Made by a program: the position numbers and the translations under genes
Shown: piece by piece, positions 24,613 to 37,781 of the stretch
How the letters are laid out: every line of letters starts with the position of its first letter
How positions within the stretch are numbered: position 1 is the first letter of the stretch
Source of the DNA: Lama glama
Lineage: Eukaryota
Length of the DNA: 64,000 bases
Assembly: GCA_028534125.1 (NCBI GenBank)
Contig: CM052818.1
Location: forward strand, 29,700,001-29,764,000
Direction of reading: 5' to 3'
The notes under the pieces: model-generated
What the model saw: the letters and a program-made list of their open reading frames with translations, nothing else
Told to the model about the DNA's origin: nothing
Database searches by the model: none

Positions 24613-24765
24613 TTAAAAAATTTTTTTCTTTTGTTGTGTGTTTTTTTGGGGGGAGGAGGTGATTAGGTTTATTTTATTTATTTATTTGATGGAGGCACTG
24701 GGGATTGAACCCAAGACCTCGTGCATGCTAAGCATGTGCTCTACCACTAAGCTATACCCTCCCCC
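24613..24765 (-). mobile_element. Camelid tRNA-Ala-derived SINE (Vic-1 type)
   Basis: Minus strand reads GGGGGAGGGTATAGCTTAGTGGTAGAGCACATGCTTAGCATGCACGAGGTCTTGGGTTCAATCCCCAGTGCCTCCA plus an A-rich tail. Degenerate TSD attatgcttccttt / attatggctcccttt. Confidence 0.92.
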
Positions 24766-25929
24766 ATTATGGCTCCCTTTAGAGCACAGGTGAAGGTTAT
24801 GGGCTACAGGTGGGTGGGCCAAGGAAGACAGCGAGGTGGCCTCGAGAACCTGAGCACCGGGGATGTGAGGTTTTCCTCCTAGAGTGAGTCCAAGTTTTTG
24901 ATGTTGAAACCACTCCTCCTTTTGCTTTACCACAACCAAATAATTCATGCACTACCTCATCTCCTCATGGAACAAGATCTGGTCCATCTTCTACCTTTAA
25001 AAAGGTCAGAGTTAAATTCTGGCCCATTCCCAATTTCTCCTTCCTCTTTCCATGTGTGGTTATTTGGCAGAACCAAGAAATGGAAGGGAGGGTCACTGGC
25101 TTTTAGAAGAAGTCACTGCCAAAGGCAGCTAAAGCAACATAATATTTTCTTTGTAAAAATAATTTTGGCAGAACCTGGTTGTTTTCCGCAGACATTTTAA
25201 GCAACTAAAACAAGAGTTGGGATTGTGTTTCCAAACAAGTGAAAGCTGCCTCTGTTCCGCTCATGCTTCCCCCTACACTCTAGGAAGTGGAAAATTTATG
25301 GCAGAAGTAATTTCCTTCATTTTTCCATCCTCTTCACAAAGCAACCCCTGACCTTGGGAGCCTCCACCTAGAGCCAGAGCGTAGACGACTGAACAGGAAA
25401 AAGAAACGCAAACCTTAGGAAATAAAGGGTTCGTCATACAAAGCCTTACACTCAAGCCATTGTCTTGAATGTTTTGGATAACTTGAGTTTTAGTTTAGGA
25501 AAGAAAATCTGAAACAGAACAATTACATCACAAATGGAACATTTATATAGTTACTGGGATAGAAAAATGTTCAGCGCAGGAAAAGCCTTCATGATTTCAA
25601 TGAGATCCAGGTGGAACAGCCCTTCCAGCAAACATCTACACACCAGCCCATAAAAATGATGGAAAAGGCACAAGACAAGAATAAAAGCAACACCATGCCA
25701 GGTGCTCATCCAATTAAACCCACATCGTCTCTGAGCTTGTCCTTCCAGCTGCTCCCACCATCCACTCTCCTCCCTCCGAAGGGCTTACATCTTTCTCGTG
25801 CTTTGTGGGGTCTTCTGCGCACTGTCTTCCTCCCTTCCCTCACCAGGCAACCAAATTCTCTCCTGACCCAGGACTGGGGAGAGCCACAGGGAGAACAGAA
25901 TGACCAATGCAACAAGTAATGGCGACAAC

Positions 25930-26490
25930 GTCAGGAGCCCTTGTTGAGCACCAAGCACTGGCTGGATGCTCTGCATGGATTCTCTCATTTAATCATGACA
26001 ACACTCAACAGTAGGTTCTATAACTATTCCCATTTTATAGGTGCGGGAAATTAGGCTTAGAGGGGTTAACTATCTTGTCCAACATCACACAGCTGGTTAG
26101 TGGCAGAACCAGCGCTCAAACTTAATCAGACTCCAAAGTTAATCACTCTAACCAACAGCCTATGCATCTTCCCATAAGAGCTACTCGTTGCAGATACCAC
26201 CTAATGTACTCATTTATCTTCCCTCAAAACAAATGCAAACGTTGATGCTATCTTATCCATTTTACAGATGAGGAAACACTGATATACTAGTGGAGCACAT
26301 GCAGTTTGCCAGGAAATACACATGGATATGTGTGTGTGTGTGTGTGTGTAGATACATGTGCGCAGAATTCAGATTATTATTCATATTTTACACATGGGGA
26401 CCCTGAGAGTCAGAATAATTTCCTGGTAGGAAAGTGTCAAAATTTGGATTAGAACTCAAGTCTGCTTGTATCTAGTTTTGACTGTGTACT
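25930..26490 (-). mobile_element. MIR SINEs (two) with a (TG)n at 26328-26349
   Basis: cccattttataggtgcgggaaattaggcttagaggggttaact...cacacagctggttagtggcagaacc and ccattttacagatgaggaaac. Confidence 0.7.
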
Positions 26491-27479
26491 CCACACTGCC
26501 AACGAATGGGCCTTTTAATAAGCCCCAAACTGCAGCCCATAAGCACATGTCCCCTCCCAGGTCTGCAGCATCAGGCGTGGTGTGTGGAACCAGGTAGAAT
26601 ACGCATGGATGCGGAGAGAACTCATGGGGAAGAAAAGGCGATGGGGGAGGGAGCAGTGGGGAAGTGGGGGGTCACAGGCCTGAGCTACTTGGAGACAAAA
26701 CAGTTTGCTTCCCTGAGGTCCTCAGGAGAAGTCACCACAGTAGGCAGTGCAGGAAGTGGGATGTGTAAGAGCAGGGCACAATTCTAGCAGGAAGAGGAGA
26801 GGCCATGTTAGAGCAGGATGGAGAAAGACTTCCCTCTCAGCCGCATGGGAGTCAGAGGGATGGCCTGGTTTACCTGCTGGGAAGGAGGGCTCCCCTGTCC
26901 CCAAAGCCCACTACCCCTCCTCCAGTCCCACCTAGGCACAGCTCTTCCCCATACTCCCTGGACAAAAAGAAACCTGCTTTTTGTACCACAAAGAAGGCCA
27001 CGTTATAATCTGCATGGGCCCATTTCTACAAGTTCTGCTCCTGTATCTGTCCTTCTTACCTGGCTCTTGATCAAAACTACACTATTAGGGAAGTTAAGAA
27101 AACCCGCACATCTCTCTGCCAGTGTGTGCAGCGTGTAGTCCATACTGTGTCTGGGGTGATCACCCACCACTTTATTTGTGATCAGAGAAACAAGCCAAGT
27201 CCTAGAGGAACACCTTTCCAGGCACAAGATTATAAGCCAAAAAGGACTAAGAAGGATGGAGACCTGGGAAGTTAGAGGAAAAATCTTATCAAGGGATGAA
27301 GGAGAATGGGAGTCAAGGGTGAGAGAAATGGGACAAGCTGGAGAAATGGCTGGAGCACTACAGGTGGTACCTCATACCTAATCCTTAGTTGAAAGTGAGA
27401 GAAACTCATCAGGCAGAACTCTTCTGTGCTAAAATAGTTCTGACTTTCATTCAAAGAGGATGAGATGCAAAGAGAGCTT

Positions 27480-28287
27480 GGAATGTTAACATAAGCATGG
27501 CCTTTCTCACACAAGTGAGGTGAGTCATCTGCCTGAAATGCAGCAGTAGAAGGCAGCAGCAAGTTCAAAAGAAGCAGGAAGAAACAGCCTTATATGTGAA
27601 AAAGAGATGCCAAAGATGGCACCATCCTGTGCAGGGAGCCCCTTAATAAGAGTGGACGCGGGATAGAATTACAGGAGAAATATAAACCAGGGTCCTTCTG
27701 GGGTGAGCATTTACCACAATGGCCCAGGCAAGGATGAGGCTTTCTGAAAGCAGACCACAGAACCACAAGCAAGCAATCACAGGGGTAGGGACTTGATCTA
27801 TCTTTATGTCTGTTGGAATTCAGTTTGCTAAAATAGAGTTGCTTATAAATTTTTTTAACATTCCTAGCTAACAATTTCAGTTCTCAGATAGAAGAAGAAG
27901 CTGCCATTCTGGATATAATTTTAACCAATGAGAAAGAACTAGTTTCTGGACAGAAATTACAGGAATCTTGGCATAACATGACCATGTCTTTTGGGAGTCT
28001 ATAATAGCCAGGGCAGAGAGCACTGCACACGTTCGAAGGCAATGTAATAATGAAGAATTCCAGTGGAAAGGAAAAGGATAAGACAGCTCTTAAGCCAGTG
28101 TGGCCACACTGAAAACTTTCTCATGAACTCGTGTGTTTTAAAAAAGACCTATTCATGGGAAATAATGAGGGATGTGTAGTCAAGAATTAATACAAAAACG
28201 AACATTTTCAGGAAGGCTAAAGCCTCAGCTACTGGGAAATTCAAGAAGCACGAGAGATTGTAAAGGTATTCTGTGAAAGCTTCAGTT

Positions 28288-28322
<35 letters not shown>

Positions 28323-29080
28323 GGGTGGGGGAGGAAGGAGAGAGGGAGGGAAGGAGGAGAACAAAAGGAGAGAGATAAAAGGAAGAAGGAGGAAGAAGAT
28401 GAGGAAGGGAAGAACAAGAAGGAACTGACAGGAAGATGGTGTCAGGTTAACAGGCAACAAAAGGTCCAAATTGCCAAATACTCAAATTCCCTCTTCTGGA
28501 GCAAGGAAAATAGATTTTGAATGTTAATCGTGCAGCAAAAGAGACCAAGAGGAAAGAGGAGCACACAATAAGTTAGGAAATCAGAAAAATCTAGGCATAT
28601 AGATTATTTCAAACCTGTGCCCAGACAAATTATATTGTAGAGTACAAAAATGATGCGCAGATATAATCTCAGAGCTACTGGCAGTGCGTTTGAGAAATCA
28701 TGGAGAATGGGAAAGATGCCAGACACCTTGGGAAATGTTCTAGCTTGCAATATATTGGGGAAAAACCCCAACAGATACTGAAAACTAAAGATCCATAACC
28801 TGGATATGATTCTCACCAAAGAGAGTGAGTCCCACTGGCCCCTGTGGTGGTTAAAACACATGGGCTTTTTTCATGAGACATGTTGCAAACTAGAGTCTTC
28901 CAACAGAGGATGGTCAATGTGATGAGAAAGTTGGAAGCCAGGCTGTACAAGGGAAGGCTGAGAGGTGCGTACAGCACAGAAATCACACAACTAAGAAAAG
29001 AATCAAAGATTTGAAATGTCTGTATAAGAAGCTGTAGTCATTTTATGCTGCCTTCAAAACCAGAACTAGAACCAACAGGA
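27480..29080 (+). mobile_element. CR1/L3 LINE fossil with endonuclease and RT remnants
   Basis: Translated fragments: ALYVK (27587-27601), AILDIILTNEKELV (27903-27944), G-L--HDHV (~27962-27988), PDKLYCRVQK*CADIISELL and FEKSWRMGKMPD (~28621-28724). These correspond in order to CR1 ORF2 motifs. Confidence 0.8.
28288..28430 (+). repeat. (GA)n microsatellite plus purine-rich low-complexity tract
   Basis: (AG)~15 at 28288-28318, followed by GGAA/GAAG/GAGG-rich sequence. Confidence 0.9.
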
Positions 29081-29134
29081 GACATTTTAAATAGGCATTT
29101 TTTCCTTAATATTTGCAAGTATTTTCTGTCCCTT

Positions 29135-29900
29135 CTTTCATTCGACAAGGGTTTATTGGGCACATACTTTGTGCCAGATTCCATGCTAAGCGCTGAGGAT
29201 ACATGATAGATCCTCTTCCCTCCTTCACTGGACTTAGTCCTACAGAGGAAAACAATAAATACGTAAGCAAGGAATATAACCACAGATTATAGCAAAGCCA
29301 GGAAGGAAAGAACAGGGGAAAGAGAGAGAGTAAAATAAACGTAACTACTTTAGAGATGGCTTTAGGGAAAGCTGCTCTGCGGAGGTGACAGTTGTGCTGA
29401 GAGCTACATGACAACGAGGGTAGAGTTGTGTGAACACTTTGGGGGCAGAGAGAACAGCAGGTGCAAAGGCCCTGAGACTGGAAAGAGCTTGACTTATTCC
29501 CAGAACTGAAAGGAGCCAGGAAGGTAAAATTGGTGAGTGAGAGAGAGGAAAATGTGAGATTGTGAGACAAGGTGGAAGAGACAGACAGGAATGAGGGATG
29601 AGATGTCACAATCCTAAGGAATTCAGAACGTATTCCAAGAGACACAGGAAGCCATTAAACATTTTGAGCCGGAAAGTCACACGATCTGATTGATGTGTGT
29701 TTTGAAGGTTATTCCAGCTGCTTGGTAGTAAATGGATCTGTGAGGGGCTGACAGGGAAGCAGAGACAGCATTGAGGAGGCTACTGTAGTACTTAGATTGA
29801 GGGTGTACAGTCAAGGTGGAGAGAAGTTCATTTGAATTTTTTTGAAGTAACATAGACAGAATTTCCTGATGAACTGAATATGGAGTTTGAGGGCTAGGAG
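29135..29900 (-). mobile_element. L2 (L2a-like) 3' part
   Basis: ttcattcgacaagggtttattgggcacatactttgtgccag start, cagcaggtgcaaaggccctgag, ggaagccattaaacattttgagc, ggaggctactgtagta. Confidence 0.8.
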
Positions 29901-32900
29901 GAAAAGTCGTGAGAATGATACAAAGCTGGAATCAGGGGGCAGGCCTTGAGCGGCCACCTGAGCAGAGACTGCAAAATGGGACCTGGAACTGGGCTGACAG
30001 GATGGGCTGGAAAGACTAAGGTTGCATTTGATTCAGTGATGACAACAGAACTCCTGAAAACACATGTCAAGCACCTACTTCCTGCTGTGGGTCTCCCAAA
30101 AGCTCCAGAAAACAGGCTGCTGGTTTGGCACAGTTCTTAAACTGCAACCGGTTATACACTTTATCACAAGCACCAATAAATCGTTTCCATGGAAACTTAC
30201 AGCACTCCTGGTGAAAACAATAAGAAAATTAGCAAAGTCGCATATCTACTTTGCTATATGTACAGACATATTGTATTATTACATATGCTATGTATTATAT
30301 ATGCAGACAGCTTATAAAATTGTAGTCCTTTGCTCATAGCTTAAAATGTACAAGGCACTCCTGCTCTGCTGCTTTCAGTGCACATAATACACATTAATAC
30401 CCAACAGACACGAATGCCACACATTTTACTAAAGACAGCACAACATTCTCATCCTGCTCATCCTCCTCATCAGGAGAAACTCTCTCTTAAAATGAGAAGT
30501 TTTTCAAAGTTAAGACGTGAGCCTTTCTCATGTCAGAATGGATCCTCAAACTGAACCCTCTCCGTCCCGTTTAACTCCCAATGATCTCTCCTTCCACCTA
30601 TGAAAAGATTCCTCCCTCCAAGTATCATAAATATTGGACACTACCAGCCGTGCACGAGAATTTAAGTGTGGAAAGGATTCTTCGCTGGAATGTATCAATC
30701 TTTAAAAGAGAACCAGGCCCTAACCACAGATAACTGTTGAGACTAGATCTGTGGGGCTGTCAGCTGCTGATATCACATCTGTCTGGCAACACCTAAACAT
30801 TAGGGTTTTAAACTCCAGATCACAAACAGCGGAACCTCAGCCACACCAAAGAAGCGATCCGTAGCTAGGCCACCTAAAATACCACTGACAGAATTAGGTT
30901 TATGTGGGAACCTAACCCTGGGTACCTTTCTCAACATTAAATTCATTTGACATCTAATACTCTGTTGGAGAGGAAGAGAGAGAGGAGAGAAATGCAAGGC
31001 ACAAGGCTGGCCAGCAGGTGTGATTTTACATGTTTCTTATTCAGAGGCCCAGGCTGCGGTTTCCACTCCAATGGGGTGTTTTGTCTAACTGTCTGGGCAG
31101 TAAAGGGTGTTGTCCCACAAACGATTTGCCACACCACGAGAGCTGCATATCTGGGGACAGAGACAGCCCATACCACATGACAAAAGGCACTCCTCTTGTC
31201 GATTATTGTTCTCGGTGGCAGGTAATTTCTCTGACAGGATGTCATGATTTCATCAGGACTCTGAGTCTATTGAGTGCTGGGTGATAACCTCCACCAGGCA
31301 AAGTCGGCCAGGAAGACATGGCTGTTAAAACCAAAGAGAATAAATGGCTAAAGAACTTTCACATAGTAGCAACTGCTGGATGGTTCTTTGGAGAAAATAA
31401 TGTTTGAAAAAGACAGATTTTACTACCAGATGCCGGTTTTGGCATAGATGACCTTAATGAGGTTAAGGGTAGGTCTTAAAAATCTCTACTTTCGATTTTT
31501 TTTCCCATTCAACATTTGTTTTATCCAGCTGTACCGATGAGACATCTTCATAGAAAAGTACACAATTTAAAAGATAATGGAGTCGGCCAGCCAGTTGAAT
31601 AAAATATTGCAAAACAGTGTAGCGTCAATGAAGCATCCTGCAGAAGGAGTCAGCTCAGTCAGGAGTGGGCATCTGGGAGAGCTTCTCTTCTTAAAAATCA
31701 TCCTACGGGCATCTGCTCTTTTTATCCACAAGAGAAAAATTAATTTTGATGCAATCATCAATATGAGAGAGAAGCCCAGGCAGAAATTCGGACCTGCCCT
31801 GCGGAGAAGCGGTGGAGGGTAGAAAAAGAAGACGGGAGTGTGGAGGGGAAACTCTGAAAAGTACTCAGAGAATCGGAGAATGGTAATAGGGAAGGATGGA
31901 AGAAAAACAGCTTGGGCCCCTCTGGGAACTCTCTTTTCCTGAGTCATAAAACCCTTCTGGTTTCCCCTTGTCTGGAATCGCGGTCCACAACGCTAGAAAC
32001 AGTATGTTCTTATTTTCCGTTGTGAAAAGACAAACAACCATGAAAACAAGTTTAGGGTAGTTTTCGTAGAGAGGAGGGAAGATTTTCTTTGTACCAAATT
32101 AATTAGGCTATTGGAGGAAGGGACAAATGCAAGGGGGAGGGGCACCAGCAGTGACAAATGTTCCCAGGAGTCCCACCAACGACTGGCTCTCAGTCATGGC
32201 CACCTGTGCCCCAGCCTTCGGCTTCCATAAGAGTGGTAAAGACTGGGTCTGCCCTAGAGTTGATTCAACTGAGCAGATCTGGGTTGAATATTTATGACAG
32301 TCTTTCTGCAGATGCAGAGAACTACGTGGCCTAGGCAGATTTTCTAAGGCAGTGCCGGCACTTTGATCTTCTGGAAGCTCTGACATCTGTTCTTTTCGTC
32401 TGTGCATTCGTACGCTTGTAGCAAAGCTCAGAGCAAGACCATGGAACAGCAATCTGAGGCCCTCTAAGCTTGTCCAAAACTAACAAGAGTGGAGATTTAC
32501 ACTTATTGAGATAATAGCATCTCACTAATGCAAGCCAAGAGGCCACCAGCCCATTTGGATTGTAAAATATTCTATGTGCTGTGGAACAGAAATATTGTTT
32601 TAGAAACAAATTCTAAGTTTCCCCAGAATAGCTGGCCCTTGAGTGCAGTATTACGGCCCAAGTTATGAGGGCTCTTAGTCCCTACACAGGACTTTAGTCA
32701 TCATCTCCTCAAAGGTTCTCCCTAGTTAACCAAGGGGTACTAGGGTAGCAGGGCCTCATGACTCAGGAACAAGGGCCCCCTCCCTCTCTGGCTGCAGTCT
32801 AAAGCTACTGTGAGTACTGGGCTCATAAAGAGAGCCCACCCTGCAAGGCCTGGCTCTCCTCTGCGGTGACATTTCTGAGCCCTTGTGATGCTAGAACTAG

Positions 32901-33604
32901 TCCACGGATCAGGGAGGCTAGCATGGCCCACACGCCAAGTCTTGTGGATCAGGCTGAAAGGCCACTTGCTTGACTCCACGCCTCCAAGGTCTTCCATGAA
33001 CACAGCTCCTGCAGCTTCTGAACTGACTGCCTTCACGTGGAATGTGCTTCCTGGCTGGCCTGCCAGCCCACCCATCTCACTCTCTCCCACTGCCCTCTGG
33101 CTCTCCTAGGCCTTTCCACTTCTGAGCCCTTCATCTAACCAGGGGGTTGGCTTCTGGTGGAATTACAGGTGCCACAGCAAGTTATGGAAAAGAGGGATGG
33201 GTCCCCCTCTGGGAGGACTCATCTTCTCCATGTGAGCATTCCCCTTCCAGATTCTTGCAAGACTGATGGCTCACTCTGGGTGAGACTCATGGAATTAAAG
33301 CCTTCACCATGTACATGTAGATGGGAAGGGGCAGGCAGGAGCTGGAAGACATGGCTCTGCACCCATCTTAGTCATCACCGGCTGGCTGACTTGCAGTGAG
33401 CGGCCACCTCACCAAAATCAGAGTCCCACCCAGTGGACGCCGAGGGTCCCGCTGAGCTCTAAACGCCTGAAGGATGTGACGTTGTGAGGGAAAACAGAGT
33501 CAGTTTCCTATCTTTTGATGAGAAAGTTTTATACTTGTCAGGAAAGGAATTATTATTTTCCAAGTCAGGAAAACTTTTACAGCCATTAAAATAAACCCAA
33601 GAAC

Positions 33605-34018
33605 CTAAGAGAAATGAAAACAGGACCACACAAAACCTTGTACATAAGTGCTCACAGCAGCATTCTTCATAGTAGCCAAAAAAGTGGAAACAACCCAAGC
33701 GTCCATCAATTGATGAATGCCTAAGCAAAATGCAGTATACCCATATGATGGAATATTATTTGGCAATAAAAAGTAATGAAGAACTGATATGTGGTACAAC
33801 CTGGATGAACCTTGAAAAACATTATGCTAAATGAAAGAAGCCAGCCCCCCCACACACACAGAAGCTTCATACAAAAGGCCACATACTGTATGATTCCATT
33901 TAAATGAGATACCCAGAATAAGCAAATCCATAAAGACAGAAAGTAGCTTAATGGTTGCCAGGGGCTGTGGAAAAGAGGGCATGGGGAATAAATGCTAATA
34001 CGTGAGGTGCTTTTTCGG
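33605..34018 (+). mobile_element. L1MB-type ORF2 end/3' UTR
   Basis: gtggaaacaacccaagcgtccatcaa, ggatgaaccttgaaaaacattatgctaaatgaaagaagccag, atggttgccaggggctg. Confidence 0.88.
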
Positions 34019-35125
34019 TTTCATTGTCCAGTGTGTATAGATCATATTTTGTTTACTCATCACTGATGGACATTTGGGTTATTTCTACTTTGGGGTTATT
34101 ACTAATAATGCTGTTCTGACATATTCATGTACAAGTTTTGTATAAACATATATCTGCAGTTCTCTTGGGTCTACACCTAGGGGTGGAATTTCTGGGTCAG
34201 ATGGCAACTGTACACGTAACATTTTGAGGAACAGCCAAACTGTTTTCCACAATGGCTGCACCATTTTAGAGTCCCAGCAGCATGAGGGCTCCATTCTCCC
34301 CATCCAGCCAACAACTGTTACTCTCCATTAAAAAATGTTTTCTAATCACAGCGTCTTAGTGGGTCTGAAATGGTCCCTCATGTGGTTTGACTTACATTTC
34401 CTTGATGGATAAGATTCAGAGCATCTTTTCACGTGCTTATGGGCCATTAATGTATTGGAGAAATGTTTATTCACATCCTGTGCCAATTTTTAAATTTGTT
34501 TATTTTTCTGTTTATTGTTTAATTGTAAGAGTCTTTTACATATTCTAAATATTAGACCCTTAACAGATATGAGATTGCAAATATTTTCTCACAATCTGTA
34601 GACTGCCTTTTCACTTTCTTGGTAGTGTCCTTTGACCTACAGAAGTTTTAAATTTTGATAAAGTCTGATTTATCTTTTTTCCCCTCTGATTATCTATGCT
34701 TTTGGTATCATGTCTAAGTAATCATTGCTAAATCCAAGGTCACGAAGATTTACATCTATGTTTTCTTCTAAGAGTTTTATAATTTTAGCTCTTACACTTA
34801 GAGCTTTGATCCATTTTGGATTAGTTTTCATGTATGGTGTGAGGTAGGGTTCAGGGGACTCATTTGGTTTTACATGGATAAGCACCATTTGTTGAGAGAA
34901 TTATTCTTTCTCCATTGAACAGTCTTGATACTCTGGTTGAAAACAATTGGCCATAGATGTATGGGGTTTTTTTCTGGGATCTCAATTCGATTCCATTGGT
35001 CCATATGCTTATCCTCTGCCCGTACTACACTCTTAATTAATGTAGCTTTGTAGTAAGTTTTGAAATGGGAAATATGAGTTTACCTTTGTTCTTTTTCAAG
35101 ATTGCTTGGGCTATTCTAAAACTTT
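34019..35125 (-). mobile_element. L1MB-type ORF2 3' part (opposite orientation)
   Basis: gatggacatttgggtt, aactgttttccacaatggctgcaccattt, ttttcttctaagagttttataatttt, tgtagctttgtagtaagttttgaaat. ORFs 34085-34303 and 34694-34888 are L1 ORF2-like (MVQPLWKTVW). Confidence 0.9.
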
Positions 35126-37340
35126 TGTTGCACCTTGCATCCATACTGTGAAATGGTGTTCTCTCTCTGACGCGCCATTAAAGAGAATTAAAGAGAGCAA
35201 ACAACGCCAAAGTGGCTTTGTCTTTATACTCTCCTTTCTCTGCGTTGGTTACACTACCCCATTTTAAAATACAAAAGGATCCTTCTCTTTCTCTACATTT
35301 CACTTCACTAGCCCCGTGGACTTGTACAGTATTTCTCTATTTGTAAAACCCAGAATGCATGTCCATATACACATGGTAAAAGGCACCTCTATTCCCTTTG
35401 TGCCAATGTCACACTTCCTGGGCAAATTCTGCAGTGATTCCAGAAGGCTGGAATCCCTTAGAGTCTTGCATCTCTCATAAAGAACAAGTTCAGTTTGGGG
35501 GCCAATTATTTCTGTTTGGGGTTAATGTCGTTAACAAGTTGAACTCTTTCTAAAGAATTAAAACAAACAGTGTACAGCAATTACAAAGGGAGAGAGAAGA
35601 AAATCTATTTTAAGAGTCAGAGGCGATGTACCTTTCTGGAAAAAAAAAAGTTGCCTTTTTTTTTTCTATTTGAAATCAAACAGAAATACAGTTCTTAAAC
35701 TATCTACTGTGCACAGATAAACTGTTGTATGGTCACAGACCCTGGCAACAACTGCATATTTTAATGAGGTGGTTGGCAGAAGCATTTAATGCTACAGCCC
35801 TTCTTGTTTCTGATAAATATATTTCGCTACACTAAGTCGAACAAGGGTTTGCAAGAAGGCTTCAGAAAGGCATACAGCAGCATGGAGGATCTGCTCAAGG
35901 GGCACAAGCAGCACTGGGCGGCTCTCCGGGAAGTTCTAAGTTTAACAGGTATACTGGGGACAAGAGAGTTCTTCTAAGGGCCTTTTCCTGCTTTAATTGG
36001 CTGGCTTAGAACATGCCAGAAGGCCCTCAGCAGCCCCCACAAGAGCAAAACACAAGCCCAGGCAAACCTGCTGCTTCAGCTACTCCCTGAATCCTTCCAT
36101 CCTTGACTGCAGAACTTCTTCTCCATGATAGGAAGAAATCAAATTCTGGACGCAAGAACTGTATTAAAGAGGCCCTGACTCTGGGCAGCTGTGAATCCTT
36201 TATCCCTTTTATCCTCCATAACAGAAACAGCTCTGGAGAAATTCGCAGAGATGAAAATAATTTCAGCTGAGGAACTTCAATTGGGAGTGACTGGATGTGT
36301 TCCGCTGAAGATAGAAAACGTTATGAGATCCAGCAAATCCACAAACCCGTAACTGCATGGGAGAGATGCGTGAGATTAAAAAGTAGCACCGCTTTAATTT
36401 GGAAATATATTCTTCAAATACCAAGACAAGTGCAAACAGCAGAGACTAGCATGAGATGGGGAATTAAGTATTGTGAACTAATCCTTCAAAGTCAAAACAA
36501 AACAAAACAAAACAACAATGCTATAGTTGCAACCCCAGGTGCAAGGTTAGGGCTGATTTAGAGAAAAAAAAATTGTATTTTTAGATTTTGTTTCATAGGA
36601 TATCCGATAATATGGCAAACACTGGGATCAAATTTGATGATAAATAATGCTGGCCGTGAGAAGCAGCAGGTGGTGTGATGCTAAGCATGTTTGGGGTGTG
36701 TCTCATTATTGAAATATTCTCAAACTGTGAAGAGAGGCCAGTGGAGGCGCTGGCCGTGCACGGCTTCACAGCAGCTGTGTAGACCTCGGGTCTGCTGCTC
36801 TGTGTCCACGGAAACTTCTCTGCCTGAGTTTTTTTAGGATCCTCTTTCTTCCTCCCAGCTTTGACCGCACCCCAGGGCTTCTTCCAAGTGTGGGGGTGGG
36901 TCTCCCTCAGAGATGGGAGCCCGCGATCCTAAAGGCCTCATCCCTCCTCTGCTTCCGCCTGACCTTCAGCCGCGAAATTTTTCCTCGGGAGTTTGCCTTT
37001 CTTCATCCTTTTGAAAATCACCCTCCTGGAGACAAGGTCAAAGGAGCCTGACCCCCTGAAAACCATTCTGCTTGGGAACGCCCTTCACCTGAGGATGGTG
37101 ATCACTGGGGCATCTGAAATAGCTGGTGATTCCTCATCTCCACAGGGGGACATCAGCCTGAAATGGACTGACATTACAGGCAGCTTCTTAGTTCAACATA
37201 AAACAAGAGCACCCTAACAGCAGCCACGCAAGTGCTCTAATGTTACACAGAGAAGACTCTAGAACTTCTCTCCAAGCCACTGACATGTGGTAAAGGGGCC
37301 TATGAAGTATACAAGTCTGTGAAGACACATGGACGGTCTA

Positions 37341-37781
37341 GAGCTGTGCCAGCCAATATGGTAGCCATGCCACCTGCGGATGCTGCACACTCGAAATGTG
37401 GCCAGGGTCCCTGAGGGATGGAATTTCAAATTTTATTTCATTTCAATTCATTTAAATCTTCAATTTAAAAAGGAACGCAGTGTATAGTATTTTTCTGTAG
37501 GACACAACTTTATTGTTTTGATAGGGCTACTTTTGATTTATATCATGGAGGTTATCAGTGTCGCAGTGCACGTGGCAGCACGTGTATTACTTCTAGTCTT
37601 TATTCTTAATTTTTAAGATATCAGTTACAGGTTGAAATGATAATCTTTTTGATATAATGGTTTAAATGAAATACACTGTTAAAATTAATTTCCCCTCTTT
37701 CTTCTTCCCCTCTAATGTGGCCACTGGGAAGTTTAACATTATATATATGTAACTTGTGTTATATTTTAATCAGATGGGACT
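37341..37781 (-). mobile_element. hAT-Charlie DNA transposon (Charlie1/MER33-like)
   Basis: ccaatatggtagcca...gaaatgtggccag and ttgaaatgataat...ttaaaattaatttc...taatgtggccact ends. Confidence 0.7.

Noticed and set aside
24688..24762. Apparent tRNA-Ala(AGC) gene
   Set aside because: It has a SINE head, an AT-rich tail and TSDs, and two sister copies exist in the window, so it is a SINE.
29106..29645. 179-aa ORF
   Set aside because: It lies almost entirely within an L2 remnant and shows no recognisable domain.
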